Both the position numbers and the translations under genes were made by a program. Shown in pieces: positions 9,070 to 16,773 of a stretch of DNA of 64,000 nt. Source of the DNA: an uncultured Methanosarcinales archaeon (GTDB taxonomy: Archaea; Nanobdellota; Nanobdellia; Woesearchaeales; UBA11576); NCBI GenBank assembly GCA_964406185.1, contig CAYOQS010000003.1, positions 48,249 through 112,248 on the forward strand, written 5' to 3'. A model generated the notes under the pieces. It had not been told where the DNA came from. It was given only the letters and a program-made list of their open reading frames with translations, and did no database searches. How positions within the stretch are numbered: position 1 is the stretch's first letter; each line of letters opens with the position of its first letter.

Positions 9070-11400
9070 TCAAGGCCAATGAAGCTCATTCTCGCCCATG
9101 ATGGCCGAATAACTATTCGGATTATCCTGCTGGCAGTACTCTGTAATATCTCTCAATCCTGAACTTAGCCTGGAACACCTCTCACGCATACGCTCTTCAG
9201 GAGTGCTGGAAATATAATCATCCAATTCTTCCTCAACAGCATCATCCGCCCTGTCAAGCCCGTCGATACGCATCCAGTTATCAGTCAGACCTCTCGCTTC
9301 GTTCACCGCAGACCAAGTGTGCAAATCAATATCATACAACGCCTGGGATATCCGGGCATACGGAACAGGAGGGTGATCCATGTGCGATGCTCTCGGGTGA
9401 TCAGCGGCAGATCCTCTCAAAAGATCCATATCTATATCAACACCAGACTCCCTTGCCGCGTCTATCACAGAACCAAGGTTAAGGCATGCAGCAGCAGCAG
9501 TCTCAGGATCGTGGAAAGTCTGGTAATACCTGCTGTAGATGAAAGTCATGTTGGTCCGCTCAAGACCTCCGCGAGTGCCTCCCAGCTCTGCGGTAAGTAC
9601 AGGCATCCACCGTTCGACCTCTGACTGCGCCTCAAGTTCATTGACCTTGTCATTAAGGTGCGAGAAACCATAAGCAGCAATACCTGACCCTATCGCGACC
9701 GCAAATGCCGCGGCAGGAATCCCATAACGCAACAAGCGTCTCTTGATCTTCTCTTTCTTCTGCACCTCATCGTGTCTTCCTATCAGCTCATCGTTCTTTC
9801 TGCGCATGTTGATGACATCATAAGGGCTGACCTCCTCATTGGTCTCAAAAGAAGGGTTGAAGCGCTCAGCGATTTCAGCCATATCACCCTCTTCGAGAGG
9901 AGTGTCGAAAAGGCTGTTCAGGTAATCCAGCTTCGGGTCTTCAAGACCCTCTATCTTACCATCCTTGACGAGCTCCTGGGCGAACAAGGTGTAGAAGTAA
10001 CGCCTGGATGACTCCATACGGTCAGCATCATGCCCTCTCTTCTTCTCAAGAGAGAGATACCTGCGGGCTATCCGCAGAAGCTGCTTCCTCTTGTTCATCC
10101 TGAAAGATGAGTCAAACTCCTCACGTGAAGGCGTATCTTTACCATCCTGCGTGAAAAGCTCTGTCACAGTATGATACGCATCATCCAGCAGAGCCTGCTC
10201 TGCAGGCGTGCCGTCCTCAAGCACGTGCGAGCCGCCCCTGTGATCATAGATACCGGACTGCGCCCAGCGCTTGAAAAGCAATGACTCAAGAGTCTCAAGC
10301 CGGGAACGCTCAAAATCGATATGGGTATACCTCCTGTCATCACCCTCACCAGTGACCATCACATTCCCAAGGTTCAGGTCCCAAGGGGTGAAGTACACCT
10401 GCTCAGGCGTCGAGTCGCCGTCAATGCCTATAAGATCAAGCACTGCAGACCTCTCATCACCCGCGTCATAGAACACTGCGAAAGCCTTCTCGTCGTGCAG
10501 AACACCCGAGGTCGTGATGACGCCCTTGTCTATAAGATGCTGCCTGAACTCAGGATCGCACTTTAAAAGGATATCCTCGAACACCTCACGCCTGTAATCC
10601 TTTGCCATGAAGACAGGCTTCCTGAAAACCCTGCCTTTGTTAGACAGGCGCCTGCCCTGCCTTGTCCTCATGAAATCCCTCGAACGGTAGCTCGTGACAA
10701 GGTCTATGCCCGTCACTTCAGAGAGGACCTGTACCCTGTCGTCTATAGTGATGGAGTCATCAGAGAATGCCTCCTGCAGGTCCTTCCCGTTCACGAACAC
10801 GTTATGCAGGACGTTGTTCCCGCTATGAAGCGGCCGGATAGGAGCAGCACGGCGCAACTTAGCGGCGATACCAGAAGACATTTCCACCTGCCCATCCCTG
10901 ATGAAATCAACAAGGGAACGGTAGAACTGCTGACCGCGAGTCGCGAGCTCCCAATCTTCAGCATCATCAAATACGCTGTGGAAAGTCCTCACCACAGTGC
11001 CGCCAGGGTAGAACCTCGCTGCCTCGATCAGCATGCCGTCATCATTATAGTTCTTGGCAGTGCTCTTATCGGTCTTTATCCTTGAGAAGCGGGGAGCCCC
11101 GCCGTTGAGTTCCTGTATCTCATTCACGACAACAGGATCAAGACCTTCATCAATCATCTGGTCCAGATACTTCAATATGTTCAGCCTGTCGTCCTCGCCC
11201 ACCACCTCGTTCAAAACGTCAAGCACAAGGTGCTGTGAGTGAGCCCTCTTCCCATCAGGAGTCTTTGAGCCGGTGTAGGCGTCCAGCTCTTCCTTGTGAA
11301 GCGTCTTGATATCATCGAAAGGCAGCTCGAAGATCTCATTCCAGCTGTAGTTCCCGGTACAGATATTTTCCAGATTCCCTGCGGCATCGTCAGAACTCAT
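9070..11400 (-). CDS. single-pass membrane protein with cytoplasmic atypical protein-kinase-like (APH/ELK-type) domain and ~200-aa extracytoplasmic C-terminal domain
   Basis: Brenner-type catalytic motif PWDLNLGN followed by IDFE, with an upstream VFMAK lysine strand. One TM helix GIPAAAFAVAIGSGIAAYGF. The start codon overlaps the stop of the upstream RHH ORF (ATGA). Confidence 0.6.
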   Translation of the reverse strand: MSSDDAAGNLENICTGNYSWNEIFELPFDDIKTLHKEELDAYTGSKTPDGKRAHSQHLVLDVLNEVVGEDDRLNILKYLDQMIDEGLDPVVVNEIQELNGGAPRFSRIKTDKSTAKNYNDDGMLIEAARFYPGGTVVRTFHSVFDDAEDWELATRGQQFYRSLVDFIRDGQVEMSSGIAAKLRRAAPIRPLHSGNNVLHNVFVNGKDLQEAFSDDSITIDDRVQVLSEVTGIDLVTSYRSRDFMRTRQGRRLSNKGRVFRKPVFMAKDYRREVFEDILLKCDPEFRQHLIDKGVITTSGVLHDEKAFAVFYDAGDERSAVLDLIGIDGDSTPEQVYFTPWDLNLGNVMVTGEGDDRRYTHIDFERSRLETLESLLFKRWAQSGIYDHRGGSHVLEDGTPAEQALLDDAYHTVTELFTQDGKDTPSREEFDSSFRMNKRKQLLRIARRYLSLEKKRGHDADRMESSRRYFYTLFAQELVKDGKIEGLEDPKLDYLNSLFDTPLEEGDMAEIAERFNPSFETNEEVSPYDVINMRRKNDELIGRHDEVQKKEKIKRRLLRYGIPAAAFAVAIGSGIAAYGFSHLNDKVNELEAQSEVERWMPVLTAELGGTRGGLERTNMTFIYSRYYQTFHDPETAAAACLNLGSVIDAARESGVDIDMDLLRGSAADHPRASHMDHPPVPYARISQALYDIDLHTWSAVNEARGLTDNWMRIDGLDRADDAVEEELDDYISSTPEERMRERCSRLSSGLRDITEYCQQDNPNSYSAIMGENELHWP

Positions 11401-11531
11401 CTTTCCCCAAGCACCTCCTTTACCGCGTACTCAAAGGCGTGGGACTTGTTGCGGAAACGGCCTTCTCGCATGGCTTCGCGTATCATCAGGATAGTGTCCT
11501 CGTCCACAGAAATACTTACCTTATGCTTCAT
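11397..11531 (-). CDS. small ribbon-helix-helix (CopG/Arc/MetJ-like) DNA-binding protein, unlisted in ORF track
   Basis: 44 aa, MKHKVSISVDEDTILMIREAMREGRFRNKSHAFEYAVKEVLGER, with a beta-strand then two helices as in RHH. Its TGA overlaps the ATG of the 776-aa kinase-like gene. Confidence 0.55.
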   Translation of the reverse strand: MKHKVSISVDEDTILMIREAMREGRFRNKSHAFEYAVKEVLGER

Positions 11532-11688
11532 CCTGAGTGGGAAGGAATACCACTCATATATAAAGGTTTCGTTTTGTTGTCTCTGTTAAGTGGTTACAGA
11601 TAGGAAGTTTTAAATACAGGTCCCTGATTTATGTATAAAAGCTACATAACATATGGTGTTTAGGCTGCTAATGTGTTGAGGGAACCAG
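11532..11688. promoter_or_regulatory. divergent promoter region between RHH-kinase and AbrB-kinase operons
   Basis: Contains catatataaagg, ttttaaat and tttatgtataaaagc TATA-like boxes. GAGGGAA SD precedes the ATG at 11689. Confidence 0.45.
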
Positions 11689-11838
11689 ATGCAGCAATTC
11701 GTGATAACAAAGAAAGTGGCAAAGCACGGCAGCCAGGCCATCATAGTAGTACCCCGAGTTCTGGAGAAACATCTCAAGCCAAAGACAGTAGTGAAACTGA
11801 CGATCGATGTCATAGAGCAGCCGGAGGGTGATGAGTGA
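11689..11838 (+). CDS. small AbrB/MazE-like swapped-hairpin DNA-binding protein, unlisted in ORF track
   Basis: 49 aa, MQQFVITKKVAKHGSQAIIVVPRVLEKHLKPKTVVKLTIDVIEQPEGDE. It resembles the N-termini of the two flanking AbrB-PhoU proteins. Its TGA overlaps the kinase ATG (gTGATGg). Confidence 0.55.
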   Translation: MQQFVITKKVAKHGSQAIIVVPRVLEKHLKPKTVVKLTIDVIEQPEGDE

Positions 11839-13604
11839 TGGGAGCCGCAGAAGACCTCGCACCAGAGAACCAAATTGACGAGATCGAACATATCGACAGG
11901 CAGCTCGGAGAAGGCAAGTACAAGAACATAAGGAAGTTCACAGAAGGGGGTACGCGAACACTATACAAAGCAGAATGGGGCCCTGCAGAAGAGACAGTCA
12001 TAATCAAGGCAGACAAAGACGATACGCAACTCACGTCGCCACGCGCGCAGAGACATGCAGAGAGAGGGTATATAACCAGCAACGAGATAAGCGTTCTCGC
12101 GCTCATCCGCAAGCTGGAGGGACCTGAAAGGTACCACATCCAGCGGATATACGACTTCAACGCAGACTGCACCATATCAGTCGAGCCAGAGTTCGAATCA
12201 CAGACACTCGAGGAGATGGTCGACAATGAAGGTCCACTGACATCCGGGGATTTCAGAACAGCATTCACACAACTCATGGAATTCAGCCAGTATCTGATCA
12301 ACGAGGCAGGATTGTTCCACAGGGACCTGAAACCCTCAAACATCCTCGTCGGAAAAGACAAGCAAGAAGAACTGGAGATAAGAGTGGTGGATTTCGCGAA
12401 CGGATGCAGGAAAGACAAGACAGAAGCAAAGATGATGCCTACCGCAGGAGGACATCTGGTCATGGATCCCCTTATAATCGGAAAGTTCAATGCTGCAGCG
12501 GAAGGAAAGTACGACGAGAAAAGCGAGATATACGCCATAGGCACAGACATGGCATTCGCACTGACAGGAGAATACCCTGTAGAGTACGAAGCAGACAAGG
12601 GATTCGGGATATGCAAATTCACAGGAGAGTCACTTCTCGATGAAGAAGGGAATCTCGACCCTGCCGCGCACGACAGAGCTATAGACGCATTCCTCGCAAA
12701 GGAACTTCCGAGACACGCTCGCAGATACAGGAAAATAATCAAGAACTGCCTCACGCTTGACGAGAAAAAAAGATACAAGTCGATAGACAAACTGGCAAGA
12801 GAGTTCGATAGAGCAAACACATCAAAAAAGCCATTCATCATGAGCATCGCGACAGGCCTCCTGATAGGCGCGGCAGCCGTGGGAGGTTTCGGACTTGCAT
12901 ACCACCAGAACATACAGGCTGATGAACACGCGCAGGAACTCAGACAGTTCACAAGAGATGAAGAGACACGGAGAAAATATGAGGACATGTTCAAATCAGC
13001 GTATTCATTCGTCGAACAGAGCATAATAGACGGCAAAGTAAAGAACGATCTCGTGTTTGAACACCCTTACTTCATGCTGTACGAACAAGAAGAGATAGTC
13101 GGTATCGCAAAAAGACACGACCTTGAACCAGGACTCATCGCACGAATCCTGCTGGTAAACAAGCTATACTCAAGAAGGTCAGGATCAGACCTGGGGCAGT
13201 CACCAGTATACCTATTCGATCCCATAGAGACAAGAAAAAACATGTATCGCGTAGAATCAATCTCCAGATGGGACTCAAGCAAAAGAGAACCTTCAAACAG
13301 CCCTGCAAAGATACTGGACGAAGGAGCCGAAAGGCTAGCAGGACTTATACGCGAGAATGACGGCGACATCGAGAAAGCACTGACCGGGTTCTACAGTCCG
13401 GTATACCCTCAAAAGGAGGGCGCCCACAGCAGATGGTGGCTACATGGGACATACACCGACGACATAGCCGAAGTTATAGACCAGGAGATAGAGATTATAG
13501 TCCATAATGTCATCAACGGACCGGGTGCAGGAATGGGCGGATACCACATAAATACGCTGGTAGGAGATTATATACAGAAAAGATATGCGCCGCTACAAAG
13601 ATGA
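11838..13604 (+). CDS. eukaryotic-like Ser/Thr protein kinase, single TM, ~240-aa extracytoplasmic C-terminal domain
   Basis: VIIKAD (beta3 Lys), HRDLKPSNILV catalytic loop, DFANG (DFG-like). TM helix PFIMSIATGLLIGAAAVGGFGLAY. Confidence 0.85.
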   Translation: MGAAEDLAPENQIDEIEHIDRQLGEGKYKNIRKFTEGGTRTLYKAEWGPAEETVIIKADKDDTQLTSPRAQRHAERGYITSNEISVLALIRKLEGPERYHIQRIYDFNADCTISVEPEFESQTLEEMVDNEGPLTSGDFRTAFTQLMEFSQYLINEAGLFHRDLKPSNILVGKDKQEELEIRVVDFANGCRKDKTEAKMMPTAGGHLVMDPLIIGKFNAAAEGKYDEKSEIYAIGTDMAFALTGEYPVEYEADKGFGICKFTGESLLDEEGNLDPAAHDRAIDAFLAKELPRHARRYRKIIKNCLTLDEKKRYKSIDKLAREFDRANTSKKPFIMSIATGLLIGAAAVGGFGLAYHQNIQADEHAQELRQFTRDEETRRKYEDMFKSAYSFVEQSIIDGKVKNDLVFEHPYFMLYEQEEIVGIAKRHDLEPGLIARILLVNKLYSRRSGSDLGQSPVYLFDPIETRKNMYRVESISRWDSSKREPSNSPAKILDEGAERLAGLIRENDGDIEKALTGFYSPVYPQKEGAHSRWWLHGTYTDDIAEVIDQEIEIIVHNVINGPGAGMGGYHINTLVGDYIQKRYAPLQR

Positions 13605-14489
13605 GCCCATCAACGGGCTTGTAGCGAGATAGAAATTCCTTACGGCAGACATCAGGTGGTATACGATCACCCTGTCGCTGCTCTTCTGGAGAAGCGCGTA
13701 ACCTTTCTCATGGATAATTTTCTTCTCTGCATCGTGGACTTGCTCCATGATGACAATATCCTTCTTCATATATGCCCGCTTGAGGTTCTCGAAGAGAGCC
13801 GCGCAATCCTTTGCAAAAGACTTCAGCGACCTGTCTATCCTAACACTGCCAGACCTGAAGCGCAGGAGGATGAAGTATATTTCGCGCTGAGCGTGGATCA
13901 CATGTGTCTGGTATGCCCAGAAAAGCTGCGGATTCTTAATGTCAACAAGCCGCTTCGAGACGATACGGAAGCAGAAATTATTGTACTGCTGGATCTTCGC
14001 TTCCACCTCCTCGATGTCTATCAATGGTTTCTTCTTATCAAAAATTTCCAGGAGAGCCTCAAAAAGCTCGGATATGTTGTAGAGCATCTTCTTGCTCAAT
14101 ACCTCGAACTGCTCAGGGGAAGGCTCTGTTATGCTCTCTACCACACAGGACCTCTTCGACCGCTTTATCACCTCAAAACCCAGAAGTCTTGTCTTTACCA
14201 CTTTGTTGAGTATACTGAACTGCTTCTCGGAATGGAACGAGACATCAATAGAATCATACCCTATCCTGTAAGCGTTCGTTATCATCGTACGGACAGCAGA
14301 CTCTGTAAGACTTGTTATATTAAGCGATGTTGCCCTCTTCTTTACCTTTGTCTCAGCAGATACCAGAAGACCTTCAGGAAGCTCACGCACATCCACCTCA
14401 TCGCCTGCATCGAGATTCTTCTCTGAAGCCCACTTCTTAGGCAATGTGATGGTGACAGAGTCCTTCTGCCCTATTATCTTACGTCTCAT
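13593..14489 (-). CDS. second AbrB-domain + PhoU-like regulator (paralog of 8184-9068)
   Basis: Likely start MRRKIIGQKDSVTITLPKKWASEKNLDAGDEVDV (ATG 14489), a parallel AbrB N-domain. The 3' end overlaps the kinase gene by 12 nt. Confidence 0.7.
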   Translation of the reverse strand: MRRKIIGQKDSVTITLPKKWASEKNLDAGDEVDVRELPEGLLVSAETKVKKRATSLNITSLTESAVRTMITNAYRIGYDSIDVSFHSEKQFSILNKVVKTRLLGFEVIKRSKRSCVVESITEPSPEQFEVLSKKMLYNISELFEALLEIFDKKKPLIDIEEVEAKIQQYNNFCFRIVSKRLVDIKNPQLFWAYQTHVIHAQREIYFILLRFRSGSVRIDRSLKSFAKDCAALFENLKRAYMKKDIVIMEQVHDAEKKIIHEKGYALLQKSSDRVIVYHLMSAVRNFYLATSPLMGSSL

Positions 14490-14676
14490 AAAGGCTATTA
14501 AAAGCCCCACATATTTAAGATTTTCTAAAAATATACGAAACCTACGAATTATATGGAAAACATATATATTTGGACATTTGTTGTCATGTGATGGTGTAAG
14601 GCGGCTTCTGAAAAAAGAGCGTGTGATACTGAACAGGCATATTGCGCCACAATAGCCTAAACAAAGGTGTCGGGAG

Positions 14677-15756
14677 ATGAACATACTGAACAGGATAAAG
14701 AACTACGCAGCAGCAGGGCTCGCGGCTGCGACAATAGCATTGAGTCCAGGTGTGAAGGCAGAAGAGGCAACACCAAGCACGATCAGCGCAGAGGAATTCG
14801 TCACATCAGACTTCAGCACAGACACGAGGATTGAACTGGAGCATTCAGGACTGGAAGCGGCAGTGGAGCACTTCACAGGCCCTGACTTCGACGACCACTC
14901 AACAGCGATAGGCGTCAGGACACCGGAACTACACGGATTCCAGCTCAGGCAGACAGGCATAATGTCATACGGAGCAGATACAGAAGAGAACGGAGGGTTC
15001 GCAAGTAACCTTGTATATGCAATACCCGGAACAGACCTGCGGATAGGAGCAGGAGGAGGAGCGCACTTCCCAGATCAGGACTGGCTCGCGCACGGGACAT
15101 TCGGGTACTTCGGTGACGTGCTGCACACCAACCTGGGCGTGTTCCATCATGAAGGCGGAGAATGGCCTGTAGACGGCCGCGGGTACGCATCGATACTCGT
15201 GCCTGGCGGTTTCTACATGAGTGCGGGAAAGTGCGAAGGGCCAAACCTGTTCGCGATGCTCGGATACATAGAAGGAGAAGGCGGGTTCAACGTCAGGAAC
15301 AGGAACTGGCTAGACCTTGAATCGCTGGGAAGCAGGCATGACGTGATGCTGACATGGAACAGCTCAAGAGACAGACGAAGTTATGAGTTCCAGAACCGGT
15401 TCTGGACGAACGTAGAAGGAGAATGGGACATGCTCGACGGGCACTACGACCCAACCATAGGATTCGCGCCACTGCTGGGCATGTACGGAGAGTATGATGT
15501 CGAACTGAGATTCAACCAAGACCAGTCAGGCATGGGAGGTGGAGCGTCATTCGCATACAACCCGGGCAACAGGAACAGCATGGTACAGTTTGGGATAGAC
15601 TACAGGCACAACTTCCATGATGAAGACTGCCTTACCATGGATCTTATCGCAGGAGTAAACCTCGACGGATGGCTGGTCTTCGCAGGCGCGACAGCAGACA
15701 TCCTCAACCAGGACATAGCAGGACTGGTATATGTCGGGAAGTGGTTCGACCTGTGA
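14677..15756 (+). CDS. secreted hypothetical protein (signal peptide), Gly/aromatic-rich, possible beta-rich fold
   Basis: MNILNRIKNYAAAGLAAATIALSPGVKA signal. SD GGGAG. Ends ...VGKWFDL. Confidence 0.65.
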   Translation: MNILNRIKNYAAAGLAAATIALSPGVKAEEATPSTISAEEFVTSDFSTDTRIELEHSGLEAAVEHFTGPDFDDHSTAIGVRTPELHGFQLRQTGIMSYGADTEENGGFASNLVYAIPGTDLRIGAGGGAHFPDQDWLAHGTFGYFGDVLHTNLGVFHHEGGEWPVDGRGYASILVPGGFYMSAGKCEGPNLFAMLGYIEGEGGFNVRNRNWLDLESLGSRHDVMLTWNSSRDRRSYEFQNRFWTNVEGEWDMLDGHYDPTIGFAPLLGMYGEYDVELRFNQDQSGMGGGASFAYNPGNRNSMVQFGIDYRHNFHDEDCLTMDLIAGVNLDGWLVFAGATADILNQDIAGLVYVGKWFDL

Positions 15757-15799
15757 ATAACCCATAATTTTTTATACCCTTTTTCTTTTGATCGTTTTT

Positions 15800-16654
15800 A
15801 TGGTGCGGAGTCCTATCGTCGCGGGACAGTTCTACCCTGCAGGGAAAGAAGAGCTTGAAGAAGAGATAAGGAAGAGCTTCAATCACAAGTTCGGGCCCGG
15901 CTCGCTGCCCGGGAAGCGGCAGAGCGACAAGAAAGTGTATGGGGTGATAGCGCCGCACGCAGGATACGCATTCTCAGGAGCGGGCGCTGCGTGGTGCTAC
16001 AAGGAAATAGGAGAGGCAAAGTTTCCTGATACTTACGTAATTCTGGGCGTCAACCATCCAGGGACGTCCACGTGCGCAAGCGACGAGGACTGGGAAACCC
16101 CACTAGGCACGGTAAAGTGCGACAACGAGCTCGTCAGCGCGATGGAAAAGAAAGGCCTGCCCGTGGATAACGGCCAGCACAGCCAAGAGCACAGCATCGA
16201 GGCGCAACTGCCCTTCCTGCAGTTCGTGAGCGGAAACAAGAAAGATGATCTTCAGATAGCCTGCATAATGATCGCTGATGATGCGCATGAAAAATGGGCA
16301 GACATCATATCATCTGCTGTTGAAGCGCTCGGCAGGAATGTAGTGTACATCTGCTCATCTGACTTCACGCACTACGGATACAGCTACGGCTACGTTCCAT
16401 TCGAGGACAATGTCAAAGAGAACATGGAAAAGCTCGACAGAGAAGCCATAAAGCTGATAGAAAAAAGCGATGCAGAAGGATTCCTCCAACACTGCAGCAA
16501 GACAGGAGCGACGATCTGCGGAAAGCACAGCATAGCCGCACTCATACAGCTCATGGAAGGAAAGAAAGCAGAACTTCTGAAGTATTACACATCCGGAGAC
16601 GTGCTGGGAGACTACGGCAACGCAGTAGGGTACGCGTCCATAGTGTTCAGGTAA
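15800..16654 (+). CDS. MEMO1-family protein (AmmeMemoRadiSam system protein B-like)
   Basis: VAGQFYP...APHAGYAFSG signature. ATG at 15800; the ORF track started at an upstream TTG. Confidence 0.8.
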   Translation: MVRSPIVAGQFYPAGKEELEEEIRKSFNHKFGPGSLPGKRQSDKKVYGVIAPHAGYAFSGAGAAWCYKEIGEAKFPDTYVILGVNHPGTSTCASDEDWETPLGTVKCDNELVSAMEKKGLPVDNGQHSQEHSIEAQLPFLQFVSGNKKDDLQIACIMIADDAHEKWADIISSAVEALGRNVVYICSSDFTHYGYSYGYVPFEDNVKENMEKLDREAIKLIEKSDAEGFLQHCSKTGATICGKHSIAALIQLMEGKKAELLKYYTSGDVLGDYGNAVGYASIVFR

Positions 16655-16773
16655 AGTTGAATTCGGAAAATCCTGTCAATCACAACATCAATAAAACATC
16701 CAGGCTTCGCCCAAAAAAAACACGAGAATCCCCGCGGCCTGAAAGAGAGAAACAGCAATGCAAGTGAGGCAGA

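Noticed and set aside
16655-16773. tRNA or terminator hairpin between convergent Memo and subtilase genes
   Set aside because: No cloverleaf-compatible sequence. Only an A8 run (T8 on the minus strand, a weak terminator for the subtilase gene). Not enough to call.
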